A stretch of DNA of 64,000 nucleotides from Alphaproteobacteria bacterium (GTDB lineage: Bacteria > Pseudomonadota > Alphaproteobacteria > Micavibrionales > SZUA-601): contig OZ244156.1 of the NCBI GenBank assembly GCA_965216395.1, positions 1,331,153 through 1,395,152 of the forward strand. Direction: 5' to 3'. Under the pieces are notes generated by a model. The model was not told the origin of the DNA. It did not search any database and saw only the letters and a program-made list of their open reading frames with translations. Position numbers and translations under genes: made by a program. Numbering within the stretch: position 1 is the stretch's first letter; every line of letters begins with the position of its first letter. This document shows positions 20,039 through 30,570 of this stretch, piece after piece.

Positions 20039-20653
20039 ATGCACCCCGTCTTTAATACCAAAACGCAATACGGCAAATGGACTAAATTTATGCATTGGTT
20101 TACCGGTTTACTGATTATATTGATGACAATTCTTGGCCTTTTGATGACCCATATGTCAACCGAGCCTCATACAAAATCAACGCTTTATTTTCTTCATAAA
20201 TCTATCGGTCTATTAATTTTACCTCTCGCTATTATTTGGTTTTTCTCATGGATTATACAAAACAAACCAGAGCGTCTTAAGGATGAGAAAAAATCGCTCC
20301 ACCGTATATCAAAAATGACACAAACAATTTTGATAAGCTGTGCCCTTTTAATGCCCTTTTCTGGTTGGATGATGTCATCGGCTTTTTCCCAGACAGATAT
20401 TATGTTTTTTAATATTATCAAAATCCCACGGATTGTTTCTTATGATCCAGCCTTTGCCAGAGCTATGCTGGGGTTACATATATTGATATCATGGTTCATT
20501 ATTGGTTTTTCTAGCTTACATATTACGGCCGCACTGTGGCATCACTTCATCAAAAAGGATATTATTCTGCAGCGTATGTTGCCCTTTGGACGAAATACCC
20601 GCTTGATAAAAAAGAAAAAAAATTCAAATATTCATCATCTGGGTAGAAAATAA
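20039..20653 (+). CDS. cytochrome b561-family membrane protein
   Basis: Four TM helices with conserved His positions (MHWFTGLLIIL, LHKSIGLLIL, LHILISW, ALWHHF), as in CybB-type b561 proteins. Confidence 0.6.
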   Translation: MHPVFNTKTQYGKWTKFMHWFTGLLIILMTILGLLMTHMSTEPHTKSTLYFLHKSIGLLILPLAIIWFFSWIIQNKPERLKDEKKSLHRISKMTQTILISCALLMPFSGWMMSSAFSQTDIMFFNIIKIPRIVSYDPAFARAMLGLHILISWFIIGFSSLHITAALWHHFIKKDIILQRMLPFGRNTRLIKKKKNSNIHHLGRK

Positions 20654-20717
20654 TATCACATCTGTGCTAATTTAATAATGAAACTATTATTTTTGTAAGG
20701 ATGACAGAAACACACCT

Positions 20718-21389
20718 ATGACAGAACGCATTTTATATCAGCTTTGGCTCTCTCCCTTTTGTCGAAAAATTCGTGTTGCTTTAGCAGAAAAAAAACTCGA
20801 TTTTGAGCTTAAGGTTGAAAAAACATGGGAGCGACGGCGGGATTTTTTAAAAATGAACCCAGCTGGTGATGTGCCTGTTTTGGTTGATGATGGTTTAGTG
20901 ATTTGTCATTCAAGTAATATTTGCCAATATTTAGAAGAAAAATACGACGATCACACACTCATGGGTGAAACAATCCAACAACGTGTGGAAACCCGTCGAC
21001 TCGTTTCTTGGTTTGATATAAAGTTCAATGAAGAAGTTACAAACTATCTTGTTGGTGAAAAAATGATGAAGCGTTTTTTGAAACTTGGACAGCCCGACGG
21101 CCAAAAAATTCGGGCTGGTCATGCAAATATCCATTATCATCTTGACTATATTGGATATTTGACCGATCGCCGTAAATGGTTGGCTGGCACAAATTTTAGT
21201 TTGGCCGATATTGCAGCAGCCTCACATTTATCAGCGATTGACTATATTGGCGATGTACCGTGGGATAATCATCAAAATGCCAGAGATTGGTATGCGCGGG
21301 TCAAATCAAGGCCGAGTTTTCGTCCTTTACTAGAAGATCAAATACCCGGCACACAACCAGCCAAACATTACTCAAACCTAGATTTTTAA
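20718..21389 (+). CDS. glutathione S-transferase family protein
   Basis: Thioredoxin-like N-domain (LYQLWLSPFCRKIRVAL...NPAGDVPVLVDDGLVICHSSNICQYLEEKY) plus a helical C-domain with FSLADIAAASHL. Confidence 0.75.
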   Translation: MTERILYQLWLSPFCRKIRVALAEKKLDFELKVEKTWERRRDFLKMNPAGDVPVLVDDGLVICHSSNICQYLEEKYDDHTLMGETIQQRVETRRLVSWFDIKFNEEVTNYLVGEKMMKRFLKLGQPDGQKIRAGHANIHYHLDYIGYLTDRRKWLAGTNFSLADIAAASHLSAIDYIGDVPWDNHQNARDWYARVKSRPSFRPLLEDQIPGTQPAKHYSNLDF

Positions 21390-21399
21390 GGAAACATTC

Positions 21400-22293
21400 A
21401 TGTCACGTACATTATTCTGTTTTGGTTTTGGTTATTGTGCAAAATTTCTTTCTCAACACATGTTAACAATGGGTTGGCAAATTAATGGAACAACACGCAA
21501 TAAAGACAAGATAGCTCAGAATAAATCATCTGTGACATTACATGAATTAAGTGAGAATGTATTGCTTTCTGATCAAGCATTAGAGGCGCTTAAATCAGCA
21601 GAAGCTATATTAATTAGTATTCCACCCAACGGTCATACTGATCTTGTTTTAGAAAACTACATTGACATCATTAGAAATAATAAAAAATTGCAATGGGTGG
21701 GTTATCTTTCGACAACTGGTGTTTATGGAGATCACAACGGACAGTGGGTCGATGAAGAAACACCACCCAAACCAAACACACAACGTAGTAAAAACAGATT
21801 AGCTGCCGAAGAGAACTGGTTAGCACAGTTTAAACAATATGACCTGCCTGTTCATATTTTCAGATTAGGAGGAATATATGGCCCCTATCGAAATGCCATG
21901 CTCCGCATTCAAAAAGGAAAAGGCGATATTATTTTAAAGAAAGGGCAGTTTTTCAATCGTATTCACATTGATGATATTGTCAGTATTTTATACAGATCAA
22001 TTAATTACCCTAGTATGGGTGAAATTTTTAATCTTTGCGATGACGAACCATCATCACAAGCAGACCTCATGCATTTTGCCTACCGTATGTTGGGATATAT
22101 CGCACCCCGTAGCATTCCTTTTGAAGAAGCCACGATGAGTGATATGGCGCGTTCTTTTTACCTTAGTAATAAACGCGTAAAAAATGATAAAGTAAAAAAA
22201 ATGTTGAATATAGATTTTAAATATCCAACCTATCGCAAGGGCTTAACAGCTTTGCGATACCCAAGTGGTTTCGTTCAATCATCTGAAGGATGA
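21400..22293 (+). CDS. NAD(P)-binding SDR/epimerase-family protein
   Basis: N-terminal Rossmann-type FGFGYCA, then STTGVYGD and RLGGIYGP blocks typical of atypical SDR/NAD-dependent epimerases. Confidence 0.6.
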   Translation: MSRTLFCFGFGYCAKFLSQHMLTMGWQINGTTRNKDKIAQNKSSVTLHELSENVLLSDQALEALKSAEAILISIPPNGHTDLVLENYIDIIRNNKKLQWVGYLSTTGVYGDHNGQWVDEETPPKPNTQRSKNRLAAEENWLAQFKQYDLPVHIFRLGGIYGPYRNAMLRIQKGKGDIILKKGQFFNRIHIDDIVSILYRSINYPSMGEIFNLCDDEPSSQADLMHFAYRMLGYIAPRSIPFEEATMSDMARSFYLSNKRVKNDKVKKMLNIDFKYPTYRKGLTALRYPSGFVQSSEG

Positions 22294-23474
22294 GATACAG
22301 ATCGAAAAAGATCAAATTGTTTTTGCGGTGTGACAATTGGCATTCTAACCGTAACGGTTGTGCCTTCACCAAGCTGACTTGCAATATGTAACGCGCCACC
22401 ATGAAATTCAATCAGCCGTTTCGTAATCGCTAGCCCAAGACCCGTACCTTGATGTTGACGTGTCATCGCGTTGGAAACTTGTTCAAAAGGACGGGTTACA
22501 GCCTCAATTTTATCTTCGGGAATACCAATACCTGTATCTTTAATCGCCACCACAATCGTGTCCTCTTTTTCAAGAAACAGACGCATCGACACCGTGCCTT
22601 TTTCACGTGTAAATTTAACGGCATTAGATAAAATATTAATGATAATTTGCATGAAAGCACGTCGATCAGCTTCAATAACAGGTAAATCATCTGTTGTATC
22701 AAATTGTAAGCGAATATTTTTCTCTTCTGCTTGCGCTTCAATCATATGAAACGCTAAACGCGCGGTTTTAACGGCATTAACAGGCTCATGAAACAACTCA
22801 TATTTACCTGATTCAATTTTCGACATATCCAGAATATCATTAATGAGCTCCAAGAGATGACGCCCAGATTCATGAATACAACGAACATAATCATTATAGC
22901 GATTATTACCCAAAGGACCCAAGAGTTCCGCTTGAATCATTTCAGAAAAACCAATAATTGCGTTTAATGGGGTTCGCAATTCATGACTCATCGTAGCTAA
23001 AAATCCAGCTTTTGACTTATTCGCTTCTTCGGCTTGTAATAAAGCTTTTTCTAATTTTGCTTGACTATCTTTTTCTTGAGTAATGTCGCGCACAATTCCA
23101 TAGAGCGCAATTATTTTACCATCTTGATCTGTTTCACAACTGGCGTAACATTGTACATAAAAATGACGCCCATCTTCTTTTGTCATGCGCAGCGTTAAGG
23201 AAGCATCCTTCCCATCATCCAACATGCGATTAAAACTTAGAAATAATTTGGCTAAATCCCTTGGGGGAATAATTTCTCTTAAACTTGCAAAATCAGCATT
23301 AAACAGATCCGCATTGACGTCAAAGATATGATATAAAGTATCAGAAAATTCGATCTTACTTTGACCGATTGTCCAATACCATGTTCCCATATTTGCAAGG
23401 GCGAGCACCTTATCTTGTGATGACTTGTGAGGAGATAAGTTTTTAATACGTGGCAACGGTGATACAAGATCCAT
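22275..23474 (-). CDS. PAS-domain sensor histidine kinase
   Basis: H-box MSHELRTPLNAIIGFSE, N-box ILSNAVKFT, G1 DTGIGI and G2 GTGLGLAI. An N-terminal PAS-like region is present and no TM segment (cytoplasmic). Confidence 0.85.
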   Translation of the reverse strand: MDLVSPLPRIKNLSPHKSSQDKVLALANMGTWYWTIGQSKIEFSDTLYHIFDVNADLFNADFASLREIIPPRDLAKLFLSFNRMLDDGKDASLTLRMTKEDGRHFYVQCYASCETDQDGKIIALYGIVRDITQEKDSQAKLEKALLQAEEANKSKAGFLATMSHELRTPLNAIIGFSEMIQAELLGPLGNNRYNDYVRCIHESGRHLLELINDILDMSKIESGKYELFHEPVNAVKTARLAFHMIEAQAEEKNIRLQFDTTDDLPVIEADRRAFMQIIINILSNAVKFTREKGTVSMRLFLEKEDTIVVAIKDTGIGIPEDKIEAVTRPFEQVSNAMTRQHQGTGLGLAITKRLIEFHGGALHIASQLGEGTTVTVRMPIVTPQKQFDLFRSVSHPSDD

Positions 23475-23603
23475 TAATTAAGTGATCCATTTCGATAGTG
23501 CATTAAATCAATTTTTCTTTCCATGTTTATAACATAACATGAAATAGGATAAAAACAAAGTTTTCACTCAAGACGGTAAAATTAATATGTTAAAATTCTG
23601 TTG

Positions 23604-25979
23604 TTATGTTTTTGGGATCAAAGACTGTAATAATTGCGCTGTATAATCTTGAATCTTTGTGACTTCACTTTTCTTATAAAATGATGTTTCAGTCAGTTTC
23701 TTAATCACGGTTTCTTTCTTTTGCATGATATATTCAAGACATTCTTTCTGTGTCATCTCTTGTCCAGGTCCCATAGCATGCGGAAAAATAAGAAGAGCGA
23801 CAGAGTTTTCACCATATTTTTTCATATCTTCTATGATATTATACAAAATACGACGCGCTAATATATCAAAAGAAATAAGCAGTTTTTTCGGTATCTTTTT
23901 TTCAATTGACGCATAAATATAATCAAAAATATTACCCAATTCATATAACGCATATGCTTGTGTTTTTTTATGTTCGCTTGAAGTCAATATCAGTTCATTC
24001 AACAAAATATTTTTAGATTGAGCGGGTGTATGGCGCCCTTGTGGTTTTAATAGTTTTAACAGTCGAAAAATGGCCTGAATTTCAAGAATATAAGGCGTTA
24101 AAGATTCAGGCAGATTTTCTAATTTTGAAGCCAAACTCATCGTCATAAAGGCTTCACGATCGCCTTTTGAATGTGATGGTCTTTTTTGGGTACTGACAAC
24201 CGAAAGCGGTGGCAAATCAGCGGCAATAAGGCGAATATCCATTTGATCATATGTTTTAATTTTTTCTATATCCTCGTCTTTTACGCCTGCATCCTGTAAG
24301 GCACGAATAGCTTTTTTAAACCCTAAGACAGCCTGCATATCTGTACCAAAAACAATTTCACAGATTTGACCAATCGGACGCGTAAAAATATCGGGAACAT
24401 CATCTGGGTTGATGTGACGCTTCAAAGCCTTTGTGAAAGGCAAATAATGTCGGCTTTCATTAACATCATCAGCTCCTAGATTCTTAATATTTGGTGGCTG
24501 ATTGAGCAAGAAACCAACAACATTATGTCCTTGTGTATACCCTAAAAATGCAAAACCATGATTTTTAGTACGGTTGGTAATTTTATCAAGGCGTTCAATA
24601 ATCTCTGGTAATGAGCGATAAGGCTTAACCTTATGCGTGGCCATCACAATACCCGTTCCTTTCATACTCATGCGCGGATGCGGAATATCACAGAGTTTCT
24701 TGGAACCATCCGTATCAAAAGATAAATCATATTTTTCAGCATAATCAGCAATTTTGATCTGTAAAATTTGTTGATATATTTCTTGTTGAATTTCAATAGC
24801 CGTATCCAATATGGCACGTTCATTCATCACAGAACACACAATATCAATAATCCCCCCGCCACAGTCAAATATTCTTGCCTGAGCGAGACGGCTTTCCATG
24901 ATGTCATAGAGAATTTTAATAATATGGTTTTTGACACTATCGGCGCCTTCATTACCAAAAACATTATTAAGACCCGCTAAGTTAAAAATATCCGCGCGCA
25001 TCATCATTTTTGTGCCATCATGGTGTTCACGTAAATATTCAATACGATCATCGCGCGGCCATGAAATCGCATGGCCATTTAAGGTTTGTTTTAAGGCTTC
25101 AATACTTGGCGGGGCACGCTTGATCGCATCATTATCTAATTTTATCTTGTAAGTTTCATAAGCTTTAATTGCTTTTTTGATACGTGTTTCTGAACTTCTA
25201 TTATGCAGGCGCTCTGGTTCAATACCGTAGTCTTTTTCAGATTTACGGTCCTCATCTTTCTTTTTGATTTTGGTAATAGATGAATCAAGAAATTGTTTAA
25301 TCTCACGCTCATTCTTTTGCTTTTTAAGGTCAAAAATCGCCGTGACTAAACCCATACCATATTGATGTGGGTATTTTTTGTGTTTTAATCTCTCAAGCCC
25401 TAAATCTTCAACAAATTTTTGCGTTAAAATCTCTGCTTTACGCAAGGCTTCTTTGATGGCTTTTTGATTTGTTTTAAGGGCAATATAAGAAACTTCATCA
25501 CCCATAGACCGATGCGATAACAGACACCCTGTTGTAATCTCTTTAATGTGTTGTTGATAAATGCCACAAATAATCGCCATCACATCATTGGTTGGAGCAC
25601 GATCGATCGCATCATTGACCGAAGATAAATTCATAAAATCCCCATGGATTAGAAAGAATTGTTCATTATCAACAGATAATAAGGGTTGCTGGGCGCACCA
25701 TTTAGCAAAATCGAGGATGATTGTTTTCAAACTCGGGTGAATAAAATATCCCGTATGGCGATCGCGTGCCAACAAATCAACGATCAAGCTTTTTACCTTT
25801 GTGGGATTAAATCCATCATTACTTTCAGCCAAAACATTGACCAAACTACCAATCAAGGCATTGGGGGTTAAGTGATCTAAATCTTGATACACGGCTTTAA
25901 ATAGAACATCTACATCACCCGTAAATTCACCGCGTGGAACCAGTTGGTTGAGAATATTTTTGGTCGCTGAAGAAATCAT
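23604..25979 (-). CDS. large orphan protein (791 aa) with two degenerate GGDEF-like palm domains
   Basis: Domain 1: LIHGDFMNLSSVNDAIDRAPTNDVM...SHRSMGDEVSYIAL. Domain 2: RADIFNLAGLNNVFGNEGADSVKNHI...RIFDCGGGIIDIV...GTGIVMAT. Both align by eye to the GGDEF core (DiDhFKxiNDxfGHxxGDxvL...RyGGDEFxvl...vSiGva). The C-terminal 330 aa or so is unassigned. Confidence 0.6.
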   Translation of the reverse strand: MISSATKNILNQLVPRGEFTGDVDVLFKAVYQDLDHLTPNALIGSLVNVLAESNDGFNPTKVKSLIVDLLARDRHTGYFIHPSLKTIILDFAKWCAQQPLLSVDNEQFFLIHGDFMNLSSVNDAIDRAPTNDVMAIICGIYQQHIKEITTGCLLSHRSMGDEVSYIALKTNQKAIKEALRKAEILTQKFVEDLGLERLKHKKYPHQYGMGLVTAIFDLKKQKNEREIKQFLDSSITKIKKKDEDRKSEKDYGIEPERLHNRSSETRIKKAIKAYETYKIKLDNDAIKRAPPSIEALKQTLNGHAISWPRDDRIEYLREHHDGTKMMMRADIFNLAGLNNVFGNEGADSVKNHIIKILYDIMESRLAQARIFDCGGGIIDIVCSVMNERAILDTAIEIQQEIYQQILQIKIADYAEKYDLSFDTDGSKKLCDIPHPRMSMKGTGIVMATHKVKPYRSLPEIIERLDKITNRTKNHGFAFLGYTQGHNVVGFLLNQPPNIKNLGADDVNESRHYLPFTKALKRHINPDDVPDIFTRPIGQICEIVFGTDMQAVLGFKKAIRALQDAGVKDEDIEKIKTYDQMDIRLIAADLPPLSVVSTQKRPSHSKGDREAFMTMSLASKLENLPESLTPYILEIQAIFRLLKLLKPQGRHTPAQSKNILLNELILTSSEHKKTQAYALYELGNIFDYIYASIEKKIPKKLLISFDILARRILYNIIEDMKKYGENSVALLIFPHAMGPGQEMTQKECLEYIMQKKETVIKKLTETSFYKKSEVTKIQDYTAQLLQSLIPKT

Positions 25980-26119
25980 AAAAGCACAAGAATAAGGTCA
26001 TATTGATAAGATATTATGTCACTTTAAACAAAACCCCTTAACAGGGAGTTTAAAGATCAAGATTTATCAAATTTATTTTATAAAAAAAGGTATCTTATAC
26101 TAAGTCGATCACACAAATA

Positions 26120-27940
26120 TTATTTATTATCGCCCACTTTCAACGCTTGGATAAAGGCGGTTTGCGGGATATCCACACTGCCGTATTGGCGCATTTTCTT
26201 CTTACCGGCTTTTTGCTTTTCCAGCAATTTTTTCTTGCGTGAAATATCGCCACCGTAACATTTGGCAATCACATCTTTACGATAAGCGGAAATAGTTTCA
26301 CGGGCAATAATTTTGCCACCAATGGCCGCTTGGATTGCCACTTTGATATTTTGTCGTGGGATCAATTCTTTTAAACGTTCACATAAACGGCGCCCACGAA
26401 ATTCTGCTTGGGAGCGATGCACCACCATCGCCAACGCATCCACGGGTTCACCATTGACCAGAATTGACATCTTCACCAAGTCACCCGCTTCGTAGCCAAT
26501 AACTTCGTAATCAAAGCTGGCATAACCTTGTGATATGGATTTCAGGCGGTCATAAAAATCAAATACGACCTCATTAAGCGGCAATTTATAAACCGCCATA
26601 GCGCGCCCACCAACATAAGTTAAATCAAGTTGTGTCCCCCGGCGTTCTTGACAAAGGGTCAAAATACTCCCCAAATAATTATCAGGCGTCATAATTGTTG
26701 CCTTAATCCATGGTTCTTCCGTGGTTTTAATATGGGTCGGATCGGGCATGTCGGCCGGATTATAAAGTTCAACCATTTCGCCATCATTTTTATGAATGCG
26801 ATAAACCACCGATGGCGCCGTGGCGACCATTTCAATCCCGTATTCGCGCTCAAGGCGCTCTTGAATAATCTCCATATGCAACAGACCTAAAAAGCCACAT
26901 CGAAAACCAACACCCAGCGCGGCTGAAGTTTCCATTTCGTAATGGAAACTGGCATCGTTAAGCGCCAATTTACCTAAACTATCGCGCAGTTTTTCTAACT
27001 CACTACTATCGAGCGGGAAAAGCGAGCAAAACACCACAGGAACAGACGGTTTAAAACCCGGCAGAGCTTGTGTCGTTTGGCGTTTGGTATGGGTGATTGT
27101 ATCGCCAACCTTTGTCGATTGAATGTCTTTTAACCCTGCGGTGATGAAACCCACCTCACCAGGACCCAACGAATCAACCTTTTCCTTTTTCGGCGTAAAA
27201 ACACCGACACGTTCCACTTTGACGTTCATATTCGTTGCCATAAAACGAATCTGGTCATCTTTCTTAATCTCACCCTCAATGACACGCACCAAAATAATAA
27301 TCCCAAGATAAGCGTCATACCAACTATCGACCAACATTGCTTTCAACGGCGCGGTGGCCTCTTTTTCTTCTGGGGCGGGCAATCTTTTGATGATTGATTC
27401 TAAAAGATCGGATATCCCCAAACCCGTCTTGGCCGAAACCAAAACTGCATCCGTGGCATCCAAACCAATCACATCCTCAATTTGTTCTTGGACGCGCGTC
27501 GGCTCACTCGCGGGCAGATCTGCCTTATTGAGGACGGGAATAATTTCATGATTTTTATCAATCGCTTGATACACATTGGCCAGTGTTTGCGCCTCCACCC
27601 CTTGGGTTGAATCAACCACGAGAAGAGACCCCTCACACGCGGCCATAGAGCGCGATACTTCATACGCAAAATCGACATGACCGGGCGTGTCCATAATATT
27701 AAGCGTATAGGTTTCCCCATCTTGGGCGATATATTGCAAACGCACGGTTTGCGCTTTAATGGTGATCCCGCGTTCTTTTTCAATCTCCATATTATCCAAG
27801 ACTTGCTCGGTCATTTCACGATCGGCCAAACCGCCACAGGTTTGGATCAAACGATCGGCCAAGGTGGATTTACCATGGTCAATATGGGCAATAATGGAAA
27901 AATTACGAATTTTTGATTGATCTGTCATGGCCCGCATCAT
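26120..27940 (-). CDS. lepA: translation elongation factor 4 (LepA)
   Basis: [34 protein letters not shown] and the LepA C-terminal domain ([24 protein letters not shown]). The start may be 27928 (MTDQSK) rather than 27940. Confidence 0.96.
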   Translation of the reverse strand: MMRAMTDQSKIRNFSIIAHIDHGKSTLADRLIQTCGGLADREMTEQVLDNMEIEKERGITIKAQTVRLQYIAQDGETYTLNIMDTPGHVDFAYEVSRSMAACEGSLLVVDSTQGVEAQTLANVYQAIDKNHEIIPVLNKADLPASEPTRVQEQIEDVIGLDATDAVLVSAKTGLGISDLLESIIKRLPAPEEKEATAPLKAMLVDSWYDAYLGIIILVRVIEGEIKKDDQIRFMATNMNVKVERVGVFTPKKEKVDSLGPGEVGFITAGLKDIQSTKVGDTITHTKRQTTQALPGFKPSVPVVFCSLFPLDSSELEKLRDSLGKLALNDASFHYEMETSAALGVGFRCGFLGLLHMEIIQERLEREYGIEMVATAPSVVYRIHKNDGEMVELYNPADMPDPTHIKTTEEPWIKATIMTPDNYLGSILTLCQERRGTQLDLTYVGGRAMAVYKLPLNEVVFDFYDRLKSISQGYASFDYEVIGYEAGDLVKMSILVNGEPVDALAMVVHRSQAEFRGRRLCERLKELIPRQNIKVAIQAAIGGKIIARETISAYRKDVIAKCYGGDISRKKKLLEKQKAGKKKMRQYGSVDIPQTAFIQALKVGDNK

Positions 27941-27961
27941 ACGTTTTTTTTAAAATTTGGC

Positions 27962-27991
27962 AAATAAAAAAGCGCCAAAATGTGGCGCTTT
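27962..27991 (-). terminator. rho-independent terminator oriented on the minus strand, immediately upstream of lepA
   Basis: The minus strand reads aaagcgcca-cattt-tggcgcttt followed by TTTTTTATTT. The plus strand lacks a T-run after the hairpin. Confidence 0.5.
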
Positions 27992-28336
27992 AAGTAAGTA
28001 TTTGTTCTAAAATGAACCAAAAATCTTTTTTTTGATTACTATGAATTGTTTCTCAAAGAGTTCAAGCGTTTTTTTGTTTCACTAGGACCTGATTGAAATG
28101 ATTTAATAGCTTCATATATAATTCTTTCACCCCAGTTGAAATTGCTAAGATCAATTACTTTCCTTATTACTTACTTCTTCTTTAGTTTTCTTAAACATTC
28201 CAAACATTTTTCTATTTCCTTTTATTTTTATTCTTCATTTGAATCACTTTATATCAAAATATAACAATAAAATGCAAGAGAATTTTATTACCATATTGAT
28301 TTAAACATGTTTTAAAGGAATTTAATTAACGAAAAC

Positions 28337-28365
28337 TTGATTTTTTTAAAAGATTTTGTTATATT
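28337..28365 (+). promoter_or_regulatory. candidate sigma70-type promoter upstream of dnaK (TTGATT-N17-TATATT)
   Basis: Motifs read directly from the sequence. AT-rich context lowers specificity. Confidence 0.3.
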
Positions 28366-28391
28366 GTTATCGTGTTTTTGACACAAAAGCC

Positions 28392-28420
28392 CTTGCGGGG
28401 CATGACATATGCGCTTATAA
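28392..28420 (+). promoter_or_regulatory. candidate RpoH (sigma32)-type heat-shock promoter upstream of dnaK (CTTG-N18-CTTATAA)
   Basis: Resembles the alphaproteobacterial sigma32 consensus CTTG-N17/18-CYTATNT. Located about 100 nt upstream of the dnaK ATG. Confidence 0.35.
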
Positions 28421-28520
28421 AGGCATGGTCTTTTTAACGTCAATAAGACACATTAAATATATAGGAAATCGTTCGTCACGCCATAATGGGTGACACATGT
28501 ATTTGCCAAAGGAGTATAAA

Positions 28521-30488
28521 ATGAGCAAAGTATTAGGTATCGATCTCGGTACAACCAATTCATGTATGGCCATCATGGATGGCAAAAACGCTAAAATCAT
28601 CGAAAATGCTGAAGGAAGTCGGACAACGCCGTCCATTGTTGCCTTTACCGATGGGGATGAACGTCTGGTCGGGCAACCCGCCAAACGTCAAGCGGTTACG
28701 AATCCAGAAAAAACCATTTATGCGGCTAAACGTCTGATCGGTCGCCGGTTTGACGATAAAGAAGTTAAGAAAATTGCCAAACACGCACCATTTAAAATTG
28801 TTAAGGGCGATAATGGCGATGCGTGGATTGAGGTGGATGGCGAAAAATACGCCCCCAGTCAAATTTCCAGTATGGTTTTGCAAAAATTAAAAGAAACAGC
28901 AGAAGAATATTTAGGCGAAAAAGTCACCGAAGCGGTGATCACCGTTCCCGCCTATTTTAACGACAGCCAACGTCAAGCGACCAAAGATGCGGGTAAAATC
29001 GCTGGTTTGGACGTCTTACGCATTATCAATGAACCCACAGCTGCCGCCCTTGCCTATGGTTTGGATAAAAAAGATGCCGGCACGATTTTGGTTTATGACT
29101 TGGGTGGTGGTACTTATGATGTCACAATCTTAGAAATTGGTGACGGTGTTTTTGAAGTTAAATCAACCAATGGAGACACTTTCTTGGGTGGTGAAGATTT
29201 CGACCAAGAAATCATTGATTATTTGGCCGATGAATTCAAAAAAGAAAATTCAATCGACTTACGTGAAGATAAATTGGCGTTACAACGTTTGAAAGAAGCT
29301 GCGGAAAAGGCGAAAATTGAACTCTCATCGACGCAACAAACGGATGTCAATTTACCCTTTATTACCGCCGATGCTTCAGGGCCCAAACATCTTAATGTCA
29401 AATTGACCCGTGCAAAATTAGAATCTTTAGTTTCTGATTTGGTGAAACGGACAATTGAACCTTGTAAAAAAGCCTTGAAAGACGCAGGTCTTAAAGCCAG
29501 TGATATCGATGAAATTGTTATGGTTGGTGGCATGACTCGTATGCCAAAAATCGTTGAAACGGTGAAAGAGTTTTTCGGCAAAGAACCGAATAAAGGCGTG
29601 AACCCTGACGAAGTGGTCGCCAGTGGTGCGGCCATTCAAGGCGGTGTTTTAAAAGGGGATGTAACGGATGTTCTGCTCCTTGATGTGACGCCACTTTCAT
29701 TAGGTATTGAAACTTTAGGCGGTGTATTTACCCGTCTGATTGACCGTAATACAACAATCCCCACCAAGAAATCACAGGTCTTTTCAACGGCTGAAGATAA
29801 TCAATCCGCTGTGACGATCCGTGTGTTTCAAGGGGAGCGTGAAATGGCCAATGACAATAAACCATTGGGGCAATTTGATTTGGTCGGCATTACCCCTGCC
29901 CCGCGTGGCATGCCACAGATCGAAGTGACATTTGACATTGATGCCAACGGTATTGTCAAAGTTTCTGCTAAGGATAAGGCAACGGGTAAAGAACAACAGA
30001 TCAGTATTAAAGCCTCTGGTGGTCTTTCCGATGACGATATTGAAAAAATGGTCAAAGATGCCGAAGCCAATGCGGATGAAGATAAAAAACGTCGTGAAGG
30101 TGTCGAAATCAGAAATCAGGGCGAAGGGATGATCCATGCGACAGAGAAATCGATCTCTGAAAATGGAGATAAAATCTCTGATGATGATAAAAAAACCGCC
30201 GAAGACGCGATTGCTGATTTGAAAAAATTGCTTGAGGATGAAAATGCTTCAACCGAAGATATCAAGGCAAAAACAGAAGCTTTAAGCCAAGCAGCCATGA
30301 AAATTGGGGAGCAAGTTTATCGCGCAACCCAAGAAGCCGAAGCGGCTCAGGCTGATTCAGGTGAAAATGCGACAGCATCGAATGATAGCGGTGATGACAA
30401 TGTTGTCGATGCGGAAGTTGTTGATGCCGAATTTGAAGATGTTTCTGATTCAAATGACAGCGATGACAAAGAAGCAAAGTCCGCTTAA
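28521..30488 (+). CDS. dnaK: molecular chaperone DnaK (Hsp70)
   Basis: [15 protein letters not shown]..., [17 protein letters not shown]. The start is set at the Met preceded by AAGGAG (28509-28514), not the track's upstream ATG at 28497. Confidence 0.97.
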   Translation: MSKVLGIDLGTTNSCMAIMDGKNAKIIENAEGSRTTPSIVAFTDGDERLVGQPAKRQAVTNPEKTIYAAKRLIGRRFDDKEVKKIAKHAPFKIVKGDNGDAWIEVDGEKYAPSQISSMVLQKLKETAEEYLGEKVTEAVITVPAYFNDSQRQATKDAGKIAGLDVLRIINEPTAAALAYGLDKKDAGTILVYDLGGGTYDVTILEIGDGVFEVKSTNGDTFLGGEDFDQEIIDYLADEFKKENSIDLREDKLALQRLKEAAEKAKIELSSTQQTDVNLPFITADASGPKHLNVKLTRAKLESLVSDLVKRTIEPCKKALKDAGLKASDIDEIVMVGGMTRMPKIVETVKEFFGKEPNKGVNPDEVVASGAAIQGGVLKGDVTDVLLLDVTPLSLGIETLGGVFTRLIDRNTTIPTKKSQVFSTAEDNQSAVTIRVFQGEREMANDNKPLGQFDLVGITPAPRGMPQIEVTFDIDANGIVKVSAKDKATGKEQQISIKASGGLSDDDIEKMVKDAEANADEDKKRREGVEIRNQGEGMIHATEKSISENGDKISDDDKKTAEDAIADLKKLLEDENASTEDIKAKTEALSQAAMKIGEQVYRATQEAEAAQADSGENATASNDSGDDNVVDAEVVDAEFEDVSDSNDSDDKEAKSA

Positions 30489-30501
30489 ATCTAAAATACC
30501 A

Positions 30502-30534
30502 AAGTAACGGGGTTTTATTCCCCGTTACTTTTTT
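30502..30534 (+). terminator. strong rho-independent terminator after dnaK
   Basis: aagtaacgggg-ttttatt-ccccgttactt followed by TTTT. Confidence 0.75.
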
Positions 30535-30570
30535 CATTATATTCAAATTATAAAAAACAAGGACATTCTC

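Noticed and set aside
22275-22293. The 19-nt overlap of convergent gene ends (SDR-like gene and histidine kinase), and similar overlaps at 5258-5267 and 32349-32352, as regulatory antisense features
   Set aside because: Short 3'-end overlaps are common in compact genomes, and no conserved structure is visible.
28381-28520. CIRCE/HrcA operator upstream of dnaK
   Set aside because: No TTAGCACTC-N9-GAGTGCTAA-like inverted repeat is present. Only sigma70-like and sigma32-like hexamers were noted, at low confidence.
28415-30546. Multiple 60-138-aa ORFs antisense to or out of frame within dnaK (e.g. 28415-28684, 28560-28883, 29219-29635, 29784-30137, 30262-30546)
   Set aside because: These are shadow ORFs inside a highly conserved gene. 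Their low-complexity, biased translations reflect dnaK codon structure.
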